Shown: piece after piece, positions 26,592 through 37,839 of the stretch
Layout: each line of letters begins with the position of its first letter
Numbering within the stretch: the stretch's first letter is position 1
IMG/VR virus record: IMGVR_UViG_3300008259_004660
Span: 96,001-160,000 of that record
DNA from: a virus
Length of the DNA: 64,000 bases
Reading direction: 5' to 3' (one strand)
Notes under the pieces: model-generated
What the model was told of the DNA's origin: nothing
Seen by the model: the letters and a program-made list of their open reading frames with translations, nothing else
Database searches by the model: none
Translations under genes and position numbers: made by a program

Positions 26592-27917
26592 ATGCACTAT
26601 TTCTTATATCCAACCAAAGACGCATACATAAGCAACGACCCAGCATATATCACCAAGAATACTGGGCTGGATGAAATCTTGGAAGTTGAAAAGAGAATTT
26701 CATTCACAAGTTGTGCCAGTTTAGGTTCATATATCATAGAAGTTGGATATACCAGTTCAAGTATTGAACTTTTAAGTGGATCAATGTCATCTTCATATGA
26801 CTCTGGATCAACAGATCCAAGAGTAGTATCAAGTTCATATGTGTACAAAAATTCTCCATCGGCTGGTGCAGTTTTGTCAAGAGCACTTCTTCATTTCGAT
26901 CTATCAACCATTTCGGCATCACTGGCATCAAGTGATGCAAATAAGCCAGTAAATCCAAGATTTTATCTTAATCTCAAGATTTGTGAAAGTACGGAAGTAC
27001 CTACCAAGTATTCATTGGCGGCATATCCAATATCTCAATCATGGTTGATGGGAACTGGTTACAAGTATGATGGAACAACAGCACCAGACGGTGTAACATG
27101 GAAATTTTCAGATGGATATATTGAAAAGTGGGTAAGTGGATCTTTGATTGATTGTACAGGCGGCGGAAATTGGTGGATATCATCAAGTCTAGTCAGCGGT
27201 TCTGCGGTTGGAATTGTTGGTAGTGGATCTGGCTATGTTCAACCATCATATGAAAATTGGTATTTTACATCAAGCACGGTTCCTACCACTGGATCATATG
27301 GATCGGGCCAAACCTTTGATTATGAAAGTGGAGATGTCAGAATGGATGTCTCCAATATGGTATATGCTTGGCTAAGTGGATCATTGGTTAATAACGGATT
27401 GATTCTTATGCATGGCGATGAATCAAGTTCTATTGACTATGGATCACTGAAATTCTTCAGTAAGGAAACCAATACTGTATATTCTCCATATTTGGATATG
27501 TGTTGGCATGATTCTGTATTCATTACGGGAAGTACGGACCCGATTCAGATCAGAGATTCTGTAGTGAATATGAAAAATATGGCATCTGAATATAAGTTTG
27601 GATCTATTGTACGAATGGATGTTACCGCAAGAAAGCGTTATCCAGTAAAAACATTCACCAACAAAGCATCGGATTATTTGTTCCCATATTACTTACCATC
27701 ATCAAGCTATTATCAGATCAAGGACGCAGAAAGCGAAGAAACAATAATTCCATATGATGATTACACCAGACTAAGCTTTGACGGTAGTGGAAATTATTTT
27801 ATGTTGGACACCAGCGGTCTTCCAATGGAAAGATATTTCAAAGTAGAAATTCGCACGGAACAAAGCGGTTCTGTTTTGACCTTTCCAGTTCCAACCGCAT
27901 TCAAAGTTTCTAGATGA
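26592..27917 (+). CDS. Virion structural protein (baseplate region)
   Basis: Ser/Gly-rich beta-type protein in the structural operon. ATG at 26592 is preferred to TTG at 26577. Confidence 0.6.
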   Translation: MHYFLYPTKDAYISNDPAYITKNTGLDEILEVEKRISFTSCASLGSYIIEVGYTSSSIELLSGSMSSSYDSGSTDPRVVSSSYVYKNSPSAGAVLSRALLHFDLSTISASLASSDANKPVNPRFYLNLKICESTEVPTKYSLAAYPISQSWLMGTGYKYDGTTAPDGVTWKFSDGYIEKWVSGSLIDCTGGGNWWISSSLVSGSAVGIVGSGSGYVQPSYENWYFTSSTVPTTGSYGSGQTFDYESGDVRMDVSNMVYAWLSGSLVNNGLILMHGDESSSIDYGSLKFFSKETNTVYSPYLDMCWHDSVFITGSTDPIQIRDSVVNMKNMASEYKFGSIVRMDVTARKRYPVKTFTNKASDYLFPYYLPSSSYYQIKDAESEETIIPYDDYTRLSFDGSGNYFMLDTSGLPMERYFKVEIRTEQSGSVLTFPVPTAFKVSR

Positions 27918-28135
27918 ACGCCAATCCATATCTATCAGGATATAATCAAGATGACATACAAAAGCTATATCAGAGTGGTTCAATCATTCCGAATATAGAC
28001 GAGTATGGTAATTTGATCATTCAAAACGTAAAAGGCCAGCTTTATTCTTCTTCCATAACAATTCCTTTGGAAAACGTAGTATATAATCCAGTAAAAGTGG
28101 AAACAAAGTATACAGTAACATTCAGCGAACTATGA
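27914..28135 (+). CDS. Small hypothetical protein
   Basis: 73 aa with ATGA overlaps on both sides. Confidence 0.6.
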   Translation: MNANPYLSGYNQDDIQKLYQSGSIIPNIDEYGNLIIQNVKGQLYSSSITIPLENVVYNPVKVETKYTVTFSEL

Positions 28136-31100
28136 ACCTTGAAGACATGAAGTATATTTCGGCATCTTCCTCGTCACTCGGGGTTGGTTCCGACATGACT
28201 AAAGAAGATTTGATGTTTTTCACGGACGGACTAAAGTCTCAAAATTTTCCATTTGGCAAAACCGAGGATGACTTTATAAAGTTCAGCGTATATAACTTTG
28301 ATAATACCTTGGTAACAGAGTCGATGATATATCCGAGCGGATCATATCGTAATTACACACAGTCATATTACGATCCTACAAACAGATATATTACATATTC
28401 GTATTCAAAATTTGATGGAACGGCTCCTATATTAGTTGGTGAAACAAGCTCTTTGTTTATTGATGTTTCATCGGAAATGAGAAATCTCAATGTACCGGAT
28501 GGAAATTATAGAATAACGGTAGAATTAATGAGAAACATCGTTGGATCCAATTCTTCATCTGAAGATAAGTTGATGATATACCAGATATCAACCAACAGAG
28601 ATGAAGTGGCATTGATTCCAAAAAATTTGGCAGGATCAACCGAAAAAATAAACACGCAAGTTGATGTGTTTGGAACAAACAAGGTTTTTGTAAGTGATAT
28701 TGCAGATAGTATAATAGAATCAATAGCATCTCCTGAGATTTATAATGTATACTACACTGCAAAGAATGAAAATCCTTCTGGTGCGGAGTTGTTGAAATTC
28801 TATTATGGATTTACCAACAGAGAAAACGAAACCAATAATGATATAGATGTAATTTCATTCGTCACCGATTTGTATTATGGTGTAAGGAAAGGTGGAACCA
28901 GAAACAATGGTCAAATTGCAGTAAATGACATCTTGGGAATATATGATCAATTTAAGAATTGGTTGTATAGCAATTATGATTCAGGGTCAACTTTTAGGGA
29001 TATTCAGGATTATTACTACAGCTTGTTCAGATTTGTGATTGATCAGGAGTTGAACAGAATCACAAACAAAAAGCCAGCGGAGTATGATCAAATAGTTGCA
29101 TTCTTGCAAAAAATTTATTACGATCTTACCTTTTATCCGCAATTCTATTTTCTTCAACTGAAATACAACATCGATTTGTCTGGGTATTTCAAGAATATTT
29201 TGAATCATTCGGGTGGATACGTTTCAATTACAAATAAGAAATTGGTATTGTCCGAGGATCCTAGATACCAAAATAAGTTGGTCTTGAAACTTTCTGAGCC
29301 ACTTCCACAGTCTGTTCAAAACGGAGATGATGTTTGGATAACAAACAATTTTGGATTTTTACCAATTGTTCAAAATGTATATTACTTTACTTCAAATGTA
29401 ATACAGACCATACCTTTGCGTGGTCCTAATTTCTTGGTTAGAATTGAAAGTCAGGGAAATTCCACAGAAGCACTATCAATGGAGCAATTAATTGCTCAAA
29501 CTGGAAGTGCATATAATGAAGTTCTTTCCAAGATTCTCACACCTTCTCAAACCGTAGTAGATAATACCAACTACAGAAGTTTTGAAAACTTCATAAACTT
29601 TTCTTCCGCTAAATTGAGAGTTGACGCATTCACTGTAAAGAAAACAAAAATAGATGACTTGTATCAGACCATTGCAGAGTTGCAGCAGAAAATTGATGCC
29701 AATCCAAATGATCAGTTCTATATCAAGGAAAAAACAGACGCCAATACTGAAATAGATAATTTGGAAAATTCAATGGATGGTTATGAAAAATTCCTATACA
29801 ACAATCCTTCTTGGTATACTGATCATAACGCATCATCCTCATTATTTGACAGAGATAATGGTAACTCGCTGATCAACAATCTTCCACAGTTCATATTGGA
29901 GGATATGGAACAAAATCAGGACTATATCCTATTCGTTGGAATGATAGGACACTTCTTCGATAACATATCGTTGTTGATCAGGCAGATCACAGAAAAGAAC
30001 AATTATTCAAGTAGTCCAAACTATGGAATATCTGTTGATATTGTGGAAGATATGTTGGCTTCACTTGGTTGGGATGCGGAAATATCAAAGGAAAATCTTC
30101 CATTGCTTCTTTCCAATTTTTCTCAAAATGATTTCGACACAAACAGCAACCTTTATGATCTTTCCAGAACAATTTCTGAAAAGCAAAGAAATCAGATAAT
30201 ATGGAAGAGAATACTAAACACTCTTCCTTACATATACAAGACCAAGGGTACAGAAGCATCACTGTCTTCACTATTAAGTTGTTTTGGCGTTCCAAAGAAT
30301 ATTATCAAGCTCAAGGAATATGGTGGAATACAAGACGTTCATAATCTTCAGGACACAACATTGTATGTTTTGGATGAAGTAAAATACGAACCATATTTCA
30401 GTGGAAGCGGAGAATATTTCAAGTTCAATTGGACAGGAAGCGCACAAACACTGGAACTCAATTTCTCATTCGATCCAAACAAGACAAGCACAGTTGGAAA
30501 TGTGTTCAGACTTGTAAACTGCCCAAATAGTTGGGTGGTTGGAGTGTACAGAGACAAAGGCAAGGATTGGGGAAGATTATTCTTTAGCATTGATAACGGA
30601 AGTGGTAGTGTAAAAACGATAATGACGGACAAAGCTCCGTTCTTTGATGGTAATTCATACCACGCAATGCTTCGTAGAAATGATGCCACGGTAAATTATT
30701 CAATGTATGGATTCACCGAAAGTCAAATTGACGAGTATCCTATAAAGTATGATATAATTGCACAACGTGCAGAGGATGCTAGAATCACATTTGAAGCAAC
30801 CTCCAGCCAGTATTTAAGTGGAAGCTACAATACTCAATTCAGATCTGGTTCGTATGTTTATGTAGGAAATTACAATCAAAATACCGCATCATTGAATATT
30901 GACCCAGAGGCATTTTTTGGAAACATTGACGAAATAAAGTTGTGGGAACTTCCGTTGGACGATGGTAGATTTGAAAGTCATACATTATATCAAAATGCAT
31001 ATGACGGAAATTCGCCAGAAAAAATGATAGCGGAAAATCTGGTTAGAATTTCATTTGAAAGACCAACCGATTTGCATGATTCAAGTACAAGTGCATCATT

Positions 31101-32769
31101 GAATAATCTTGCATTTAGAAAAGACTTCCCAACATTCACAGCAGTTAATTTCCCAGAGAGTCTTGTAGCTACAGTACAAAATTCAGAATGCGACCCTTCA
31201 ATGGTGGCCGGATTCCCATATCAGTTTAGTAGAAAAGACACTCGGCAAACTGTAAAACTTCCTGATTATGGATCCAGCAAGTTCAGAAGCAACAAAATCA
31301 ATTATGTTGATCAGGAACTTGCCGCGCCATTATCTTCAACTGAAAGATCTTCGCTTCAATCGAGTGAACTTGTTTCCGTCGATTCAAATAGATTGGGTTT
31401 ATTCTTCTCGCCGTCCGATATTCAAAACACAGAAATCATAAAGTTCTTTGGAGAATATCCACTAAGTGAACTGATTGGGGATCCTTCAACAGTGTATGAA
31501 TCATCATATGCAAGATTTGAAAAGTTCAGACAGATATTCTACGATCAAGGTTTTGGAAACATAGATTATCAGTTCTTCATGAACGTTGTTCGATTCTATT
31601 TTGACAAGGCGATGTTCAAATATATTCGTTCAATTGTACCAGCAAGAGCAACACTTGTTGATGGTATACTTGTTGAGCCTTCCATACTCGAACGTCCGAA
31701 GATTGCACTTAAACCATTGGTAAGAGAAAATATTCCACAGAAGGAAGCACCAATCGATGCCAACAGAAATATTGTGGCAACCCAATCTCCAAAATTGGAA
31801 GATTCATTGGATGTAAGAACATCGGGTAGATCAATATTGAACGATGTTAATCAAGTATTCTTCCCAACCGATGAAGACCAATATGGATTCGCCGTGTATT
31901 CAGATAATGGAATAACATACTACAACGGAGATTATTATCGCGCCGATGTATTGACCATCAAGAAGCAATATCAAATACACAACAAATATAATCTTCCCAC
32001 AAATGCCCTGAACGATTATGAAAAAAATGTAAACTTGAATGGAACCGTGCAAACGGTAACAAGTTCATACCAAAAGATAAATTTGGCAAAGCTACCTGTG
32101 CTAACAGAGTATACAGCAGATTGCTCATTGATTCAACCTCCCACTTTCAGCGGAAGTTTCAGTGGAAGTATAAGTTTTGATCCGGGTGGAGGAAATGGAT
32201 TTTATTTCACAAATATATCATCAAGTCACACCATAGATGGAGTGTACATCGGAAAAATAATTGGAGATGCCGGTGAGGGTATAATACAAAATCCCGGAAT
32301 AAAGATCAGAGCCACATATATTGCGGCATATCCACTTCAATACGGCGGACAATTTAGTTATCAATCTGGCACATGGTATTTCAACGGATACATTTACGGC
32401 GGTATTCCAGCCACAATCAATCTGACCAAATTCTCAACAACATTTTACACAACAGACGGCAGTTCTGTGTTTGATTCATTCAGATACTTGACGCAAGGAC
32501 CATTCTTTGGTCCATTATCATCGGCATTTAGCTACAGAAAAGCATACAGCATGCAAAATTATCCGTATAATGCAACACTGCTGAACGGATACTTCTCCAA
32601 CCACTACAAATACAGCAATCAACAGTTTTCAGTAAAGGAGATAAATTCATACGATAACACCGATAGGCCGTTCAAATGGAAAAAAGGTAGCCAAAATAAA
32701 AAAACTACCGTAGATCCTCTTACTGGCCTATTGGATAACACTGAAGCGATTGAAACAAAAACGGTCTAA
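28132..32769 (+). CDS. Large baseplate/tail structural protein (gp7/tail-protein-I-like, with a LamG-like region)
   Basis: 1545 aa; LPYIYKTKGT wedge-type motif and FFGNIDEIKLW LamG-like strand. Confidence 0.6.
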   Translation: MNLEDMKYISASSSSLGVGSDMTKEDLMFFTDGLKSQNFPFGKTEDDFIKFSVYNFDNTLVTESMIYPSGSYRNYTQSYYDPTNRYITYSYSKFDGTAPILVGETSSLFIDVSSEMRNLNVPDGNYRITVELMRNIVGSNSSSEDKLMIYQISTNRDEVALIPKNLAGSTEKINTQVDVFGTNKVFVSDIADSIIESIASPEIYNVYYTAKNENPSGAELLKFYYGFTNRENETNNDIDVISFVTDLYYGVRKGGTRNNGQIAVNDILGIYDQFKNWLYSNYDSGSTFRDIQDYYYSLFRFVIDQELNRITNKKPAEYDQIVAFLQKIYYDLTFYPQFYFLQLKYNIDLSGYFKNILNHSGGYVSITNKKLVLSEDPRYQNKLVLKLSEPLPQSVQNGDDVWITNNFGFLPIVQNVYYFTSNVIQTIPLRGPNFLVRIESQGNSTEALSMEQLIAQTGSAYNEVLSKILTPSQTVVDNTNYRSFENFINFSSAKLRVDAFTVKKTKIDDLYQTIAELQQKIDANPNDQFYIKEKTDANTEIDNLENSMDGYEKFLYNNPSWYTDHNASSSLFDRDNGNSLINNLPQFILEDMEQNQDYILFVGMIGHFFDNISLLIRQITEKNNYSSSPNYGISVDIVEDMLASLGWDAEISKENLPLLLSNFSQNDFDTNSNLYDLSRTISEKQRNQIIWKRILNTLPYIYKTKGTEASLSSLLSCFGVPKNIIKLKEYGGIQDVHNLQDTTLYVLDEVKYEPYFSGSGEYFKFNWTGSAQTLELNFSFDPNKTSTVGNVFRLVNCPNSWVVGVYRDKGKDWGRLFFSIDNGSGSVKTIMTDKAPFFDGNSYHAMLRRNDATVNYSMYGFTESQIDEYPIKYDIIAQRAEDARITFEATSSQYLSGSYNTQFRSGSYVYVGNYNQNTASLNIDPEAFFGNIDEIKLWELPLDDGRFESHTLYQNAYDGNSPEKMIAENLVRISFERPTDLHDSSTSASLNNLAFRKDFPTFTAVNFPESLVATVQNSECDPSMVAGFPYQFSRKDTRQTVKLPDYGSSKFRSNKINYVDQELAAPLSSTERSSLQSSELVSVDSNRLGLFFSPSDIQNTEIIKFFGEYPLSELIGDPSTVYESSYARFEKFRQIFYDQGFGNIDYQFFMNVVRFYFDKAMFKYIRSIVPARATLVDGILVEPSILERPKIALKPLVRENIPQKEAPIDANRNIVATQSPKLEDSLDVRTSGRSILNDVNQVFFPTDEDQYGFAVYSDNGITYYNGDYYRADVLTIKKQYQIHNKYNLPTNALNDYEKNVNLNGTVQTVTSSYQKINLAKLPVLTEYTADCSLIQPPTFSGSFSGSISFDPGGGNGFYFTNISSSHTIDGVYIGKIIGDAGEGIIQNPGIKIRATYIAAYPLQYGGQFSYQSGTWYFNGYIYGGIPATINLTKFSTTFYTTDGSSVFDSFRYLTQGPFFGPLSSAFSYRKAYSMQNYPYNATLLNGYFSNHYKYSNQQFSVKEINSYDNTDRPFKWKKGSQNKKTTVDPLTGLLDNTEAIETKTV

Positions 32770-32796
32770 AAATAGTAAAAAAAGTATTTAGATATA

Positions 32797-32804
32797 TATT
32801 TATT
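32797..32804 (+). promoter_or_regulatory. Putative late-promoter variant TATTTATT
   Basis: 16 nt upstream of the ATG at 32821. Confidence 0.5.
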
Positions 32805-32820
32805 GAGAAAGTAACACTAT

Positions 32821-33462
32821 ATGGCGTATATCAACAATGAGATTATTACCGTGGATGCGGTGCTGACAAAAAAGGGTAGAGAACTACTCGCGGCAAATGG
32901 CGGTTTGAACATTACGTCATATGCTTTGGCTGATGACGAAATTGATTATCGCTTATATCAACCAAACCACCCACAGGGTTCTGCATATTACGACTTGGCA
33001 ATTCGAAACACTCCTGTATTTGAAGCATTTACCGATGAAACTCAATTGCTGAAATACAAACTTGTTACATTACCTTCTGGTCAAACTTCTATTCCTATTA
33101 TCTCTCTTGGTCAAAGTGCCATTTATGTGGACAAGGATTATAAGGGCGAAGTTGTTATTGTTCCATCAACAAATCCAGTATATAACACAACTCTTGGATA
33201 TACAGCAATATTAGCAAACAAGTCAGCTGGAACAATAATTGGCGAACAGCTACAAAACGTAAGCACTGCAACTATTCCAACATTTATTGGAGACGTATCT
33301 TCAACAACTGCACAAGTAAGCTTGGGTCTTCGTTTCCGCTTTGTTCCAAATTCATCACTAACACAAACATTGTCAACAAATCTAACAGTGGTTGGAAATG
33401 AAAGCGGTGGATCTGTCACAATTCCTGTTACTGTCACCGTAAAGGGATCAACAACGACTTAA
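32821..33462 (+). CDS. Virion structural protein (fibre-attachment-like)
   Basis: DAVLTKKGRELLA...ITSYALADDEIDY, resembling T..G..LA fibre N-terminal domains. Confidence 0.6.
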   Translation: MAYINNEIITVDAVLTKKGRELLAANGGLNITSYALADDEIDYRLYQPNHPQGSAYYDLAIRNTPVFEAFTDETQLLKYKLVTLPSGQTSIPIISLGQSAIYVDKDYKGEVVIVPSTNPVYNTTLGYTAILANKSAGTIIGEQLQNVSTATIPTFIGDVSSTTAQVSLGLRFRFVPNSSLTQTLSTNLTVVGNESGGSVTIPVTVTVKGSTTT

Positions 33463-33474
33463 TAATTTAAAGCC

Positions 33475-34596
33475 ATGATTTTCAAGCAATTTGATACAAC
33501 CGACATAGTGGCAGGAAGAACACAGCCAGTATCAACTGGGTTGTGGAGCGACGGTACCGCAAGCTGGGATTCCTTTTATACCAGCAGTCGTCAAGGTCAG
33601 CAGTCCTCCTCTTTATACGAGCCACTAAACGGTTTGTATTATACCAATGTATACGACGAGCCAACAGGTTCTGCAAATTCAGATATCTATTTTTCAATAT
33701 CGTATGGACATTATGCAGGATCTGGCTCTTCGGCGTTTGACACAGGCTCGTCACAAGGAAGTTTGTTGTTCCCAACTAAGGCAATTTACAATCAATACAG
33801 AAACTTGTTGCTTGCTCCGGGTGATTCTAAATTCACCTTCGTAACATCTTCAGTATCTGGATCTGGTGTTGAGTCCGATGATATTTATGCAATTTCATTC
33901 AGAAACGCAAAATACAAGGATCGTTTAGATCCGGGACAATTTGAAATGACCCTAAGTGGATCTGGTGTTGGAGGTGTTGCAACAAGAATTACGGTAATCG
34001 ACGATTCTCGTGACAATCCAGACACCGGAGTACAAAGCGGTGGTAAGAGATATAATCTTATCGTTGGAACATTGAGCACAGGTGCGGCACAGACAAGAAA
34101 TTATCAAGGAATCGGTCTAATGTACCCAGACCTTGGTATTATTATCTTGAATCCAAAGAAAGTGCACGAACTAATTGGAAAAGTTGATGGATATTCATTA
34201 TATTGGAATACATCAACAAATGAATGGGGTGCACAATTTGCTAGAATGAATTCATTATTGTTTAAAGCAATAGAATCTGGTGCAGATTTTGCAGGAATGA
34301 AAGCCAGAGTTACAGAGTATGTGCCCGCTCGACATTTCTTTGTAAGGGTTAAGAATCAAGAGTACAATTATAGTAATAATCCTACATTTGTAATCTCTGA
34401 GAATGATAATCCATCAAATTCTCAAGATATTGGAAAATTGAGATTCACAGACTTTTACACCAATCCAAAGGTGTATATCACGACCGTTGGGCTATATAAC
34501 GAAAGCAACGACCTTGTTGCTGTTGCGAAGTTAAGTCAGCCATTGCTGAAAGACTTCACCAACGAGTGCTTAATAAAGATAAAAATTGATGTTTGA
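33475..34596 (+). CDS. Virion structural protein
   Basis: The C-terminal YNYSNNPTF...YITTVGLYN...LVAVAKL.QP domain is shared with the next gene. Confidence 0.6.
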   Translation: MIFKQFDTTDIVAGRTQPVSTGLWSDGTASWDSFYTSSRQGQQSSSLYEPLNGLYYTNVYDEPTGSANSDIYFSISYGHYAGSGSSAFDTGSSQGSLLFPTKAIYNQYRNLLLAPGDSKFTFVTSSVSGSGVESDDIYAISFRNAKYKDRLDPGQFEMTLSGSGVGGVATRITVIDDSRDNPDTGVQSGGKRYNLIVGTLSTGAAQTRNYQGIGLMYPDLGIIILNPKKVHELIGKVDGYSLYWNTSTNEWGAQFARMNSLLFKAIESGADFAGMKARVTEYVPARHFFVRVKNQEYNYSNNPTFVISENDNPSNSQDIGKLRFTDFYTNPKVYITTVGLYNESNDLVAVAKLSQPLLKDFTNECLIKIKIDV

Positions 34597-34625
34597 GTTA
34601 GCGGGTAAATCCCGCCTCAATCAAA

Positions 34626-34633
34626 TATTTATA
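34626..34633 (+). promoter_or_regulatory. Putative late-promoter motif TATTTATA
   Basis: 5 nt upstream of the ATG at 34639. Confidence 0.55.
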
Positions 34634-34638
34634 TCCAT

Positions 34639-37600
34639 ATGATTAAGCAGTTCTCTGCGGGAGATATCACAGTCAGACCTTTTAGCACGTTCAAGAATTG
34701 GACTGTGCAGAGCATTGACTCATCTTCTGTAGATAAATATGGTTTCCCCACTTATTATAATAACCGTTGTGAGGTTAACTATGGTATTAGAACAAGTGCC
34801 TCATTCTTTCCATCCGAAAGTGTATATTGGCAAGCTAGTATAGATCCAATAAACACATCTGGAAAATATGCCAGAAATATATGGAATTTGACAGATGCAA
34901 TGTTCTACAAGAACTCAAGTGAGCCAACTAAGTTGTTTGGTGTTGAATATTACACACAAGATCCAGAAACAGGAAAAAAGGAAATAAGAAAGATTGGAGA
35001 TAGAATCGTCACATTAAATTTGAAGCACAATGTTTGGGGAGAAAAGATTGTTCCAAACACAGTAAGAATTGTTGATGACTCAAATCCAAATAACACGCTA
35101 TATGTGTTTGATGATGGATATACAAACCTTTATGCAACAGGTGGGCATTTTCCATCGGCTGAAGAAATTGGGGCAGTAAGAGAATATTTGGCTACGCCAT
35201 ATTGGGTGACATCAAGTGGAGAATTTTATGTTGTGTTTAACAATGGAACAACACAATCTGTTGATTTGACAAACGCCAAACAATATATGGCAATGGGACA
35301 ACAAGTTATTTATGTTGAACCATCGAGTGGATCTTGGGCATGGGACACTTCCACTCATCAAGATATTTTCCAAGTAAGTAATGAACATTTTGGTGAAGCG
35401 GTAAGCACGTGGAGAAATTATGTGGCGGTTGGTTCAAGCATGGATGATTACAGCATGTCCGAAAAAAGAATAGGATATGCGTCCATATTCAAATATGATG
35501 AGAATACAGACTCACACAGATTGATTAAAAAGATAAACTTCCCATTTACACAAAGCGGCGCAACACTTTTCAAAGATAGCTTTGGATCATCTGTTGCAAT
35601 AAGAGATAATTTCTTGGCGGTTGGTTCGCCAACTGGCTCTGGATGCAGTGTTGATAAATATCCGGGATATGTTTGTGTATATGACAAGAATAAGGGAGGT
35701 CCGGATCATTGGGGCATCGTAAATCTAATACGCGGACACAGTGACGGTGACAAGTTTGGAACTTCTGTTGCAGTTGATAATGATATTTTGGCGGTTGGTG
35801 CGCCGGGATACAGTGGAAGCATTGGCGCGGTGTATGTATTTAGAAAGAAAAGATACATGGATGCAGAATATCCATGTCAGAACATAAACACAGGCTCATA
35901 TTGGAAACAGGTGACAAGTGTGGAAGAATTCTGCAAGGAAATGGCCACGAGTTCATACTATGCGACACAAAGTTATGTGCCAACATTTGTTTCTGGAAAT
36001 TATACTTGGGAACATGAAACCACTTTAACTTCAAGTGTTGGTGCAGTGGGTGATAATTTTGGATACTGTGTGTCCGTTGACATGAACCAATTAATTGCCG
36101 GTACAAACAAGACTGGGGCTGGATATGCCACATTGTTTACATGCTCTTATTCATCTGCTTCCGTTGACGCTTGTCCAACGGCATCTTGGTACCAAATTCA
36201 AAGATTTTATGGAGATTCAACCACTGGAGATTTGGACATAACAAAACCAGAATATTCAGTTGATGTAACTTCCACCATATCATCAAACAGATTTGGAAAG
36301 AGTGTATCAATCAGCAACAAAAACTTGGTGATAGGTTGTCAATATGACAAAGCATATATTCCATATTATGGATACACAGGCAGTGCGGCTATTCTTGGTG
36401 CTGCTTATTTCTATCATTATGGATATGTGGCAGAATGCTTATCAAACCAATTCCATTTGGTCACAAAGACATTTGGAAACAGAGATTATTTGACAGATAA
36501 TAATTTTGCCAAAGCCGTTTCTGTGGATGGTACAACCGCCGCCGTTTCATCTCTTCCAGATACACTCGCCAGAACAGTTGAATTCAGTGGATCATATATT
36601 TTGGAAAATTATTCATATGCGTCCACTGGATCAAATGATGAAGTTCTTGGCAGAGTATTGATATACAATTACGATTATACTGGAAACAAATGGAATAAAA
36701 CTGGTGAACTTCGCCGCAACAAGGAAAAGAATCATCCATACAACATTTATGGGTATTCTGTTTCGGTGTCATCTGATTTCTTGGCGGTTGGTGGACCGTT
36801 GGTAAACATCATAACGGGTTCATCATATTCCAGCAGCATAAATGAATCATCACAGTCCTTGTATATGCCATCAACATATTCTGGTTCGGCGTATTTGTAT
36901 GATCTTCGCAAGTATGAACAAAATCCTCATATCGGAAATGTGTTCTATAAGAATGGATATTTTGTGATCACAAACACAGGATCAAACTACACAAATATGC
37001 TCATGGGAACTGGTTCACGTGGGTTTGAACTTGATTATCGCGGCACGCATACAATATTTGAACATGAATATCTTGTGTCCGTTAGACCGGGAGAATTCAA
37101 CTATAGTACCAATCCATCGGCGTTGGCACAATATCCAATGGTATTTGATGTGAATGGAGATGGTGTTGTTGATACCAAGGATGTTGATCTTGTAATGCGC
37201 TATCTTCGCATGAAGAAATTCTACGCGGAATTTGTGTATGATGTTGATGGATTGATATTGGAACAAGACACATTAACCGACTATAGTTGGTGGGCAAATG
37301 ACTTATTGCAAACAGAAGCAGAGGATGTTCTTCAACAAGAAAGCAGTTATGCCGCTTCAATGACAACATCATCATTTGATGCATTTACTAAAACTGCATA
37401 TGATTATATTGAAAAGAATTTGGACAAGACTGGAATATTGGATATTGATGGTAACGGAGAAATCAATCTGAATGACGGATACTTGTTCGCGCTATATGTA
37501 TTGCAACAATTGAATCCAACCAGCATAGCACCATATCTTGATGCTAATTCAACACGCCAGTATGTAGTGGATATTCAAAAATATTTGGACAAATATTGCG

Positions 37601-37806
37601 GCGTTGACACAAAGAGCACAAATCCAGAATTTCTAAACTATCAATATAGCTCATCATATGATGCTACAGGATCTTTCCTTGCGCCTTATATAACCACAGT
37701 GGGATTGTATCAAGACAATCAGCTTGTTGCAGTGGGCAAACTTGGTCGTCCAATCAAGAATTTAATTGATTGGCCAGTAAATATTGTCGTCCGTTTTGAT
37801 ACATAA
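34639..37806 (+). CDS. Virion protein with FG-GAP (integrin-alpha-like) beta-propeller repeats and dockerin/EF-hand-like loops
   Basis: Repeated FG.SVA...LAVGAP...GAVY; DVNGDGVVDTKD and DIDGNGEINLND; C-terminal YITTVGLY...LVAVGKL. Confidence 0.72.
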   Translation: MIKQFSAGDITVRPFSTFKNWTVQSIDSSSVDKYGFPTYYNNRCEVNYGIRTSASFFPSESVYWQASIDPINTSGKYARNIWNLTDAMFYKNSSEPTKLFGVEYYTQDPETGKKEIRKIGDRIVTLNLKHNVWGEKIVPNTVRIVDDSNPNNTLYVFDDGYTNLYATGGHFPSAEEIGAVREYLATPYWVTSSGEFYVVFNNGTTQSVDLTNAKQYMAMGQQVIYVEPSSGSWAWDTSTHQDIFQVSNEHFGEAVSTWRNYVAVGSSMDDYSMSEKRIGYASIFKYDENTDSHRLIKKINFPFTQSGATLFKDSFGSSVAIRDNFLAVGSPTGSGCSVDKYPGYVCVYDKNKGGPDHWGIVNLIRGHSDGDKFGTSVAVDNDILAVGAPGYSGSIGAVYVFRKKRYMDAEYPCQNINTGSYWKQVTSVEEFCKEMATSSYYATQSYVPTFVSGNYTWEHETTLTSSVGAVGDNFGYCVSVDMNQLIAGTNKTGAGYATLFTCSYSSASVDACPTASWYQIQRFYGDSTTGDLDITKPEYSVDVTSTISSNRFGKSVSISNKNLVIGCQYDKAYIPYYGYTGSAAILGAAYFYHYGYVAECLSNQFHLVTKTFGNRDYLTDNNFAKAVSVDGTTAAVSSLPDTLARTVEFSGSYILENYSYASTGSNDEVLGRVLIYNYDYTGNKWNKTGELRRNKEKNHPYNIYGYSVSVSSDFLAVGGPLVNIITGSSYSSSINESSQSLYMPSTYSGSAYLYDLRKYEQNPHIGNVFYKNGYFVITNTGSNYTNMLMGTGSRGFELDYRGTHTIFEHEYLVSVRPGEFNYSTNPSALAQYPMVFDVNGDGVVDTKDVDLVMRYLRMKKFYAEFVYDVDGLILEQDTLTDYSWWANDLLQTEAEDVLQQESSYAASMTTSSFDAFTKTAYDYIEKNLDKTGILDIDGNGEINLNDGYLFALYVLQQLNPTSIAPYLDANSTRQYVVDIQKYLDKYCGVDTKSTNPEFLNYQYSSSYDATGSFLAPYITTVGLYQDNQLVAVGKLGRPIKNLIDWPVNIVVRFDT

Positions 37807-37811
37807 CAGTA

Positions 37812-37819
37812 TATTTATA
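37812..37819 (+). promoter_or_regulatory. Putative late-promoter motif TATTTATA
   Basis: 20 nt upstream of the ATG at 37840, with AGGAGA between them. Confidence 0.55.
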
Positions 37820-37839
37820 ATAAACAATAGGAGATATAT

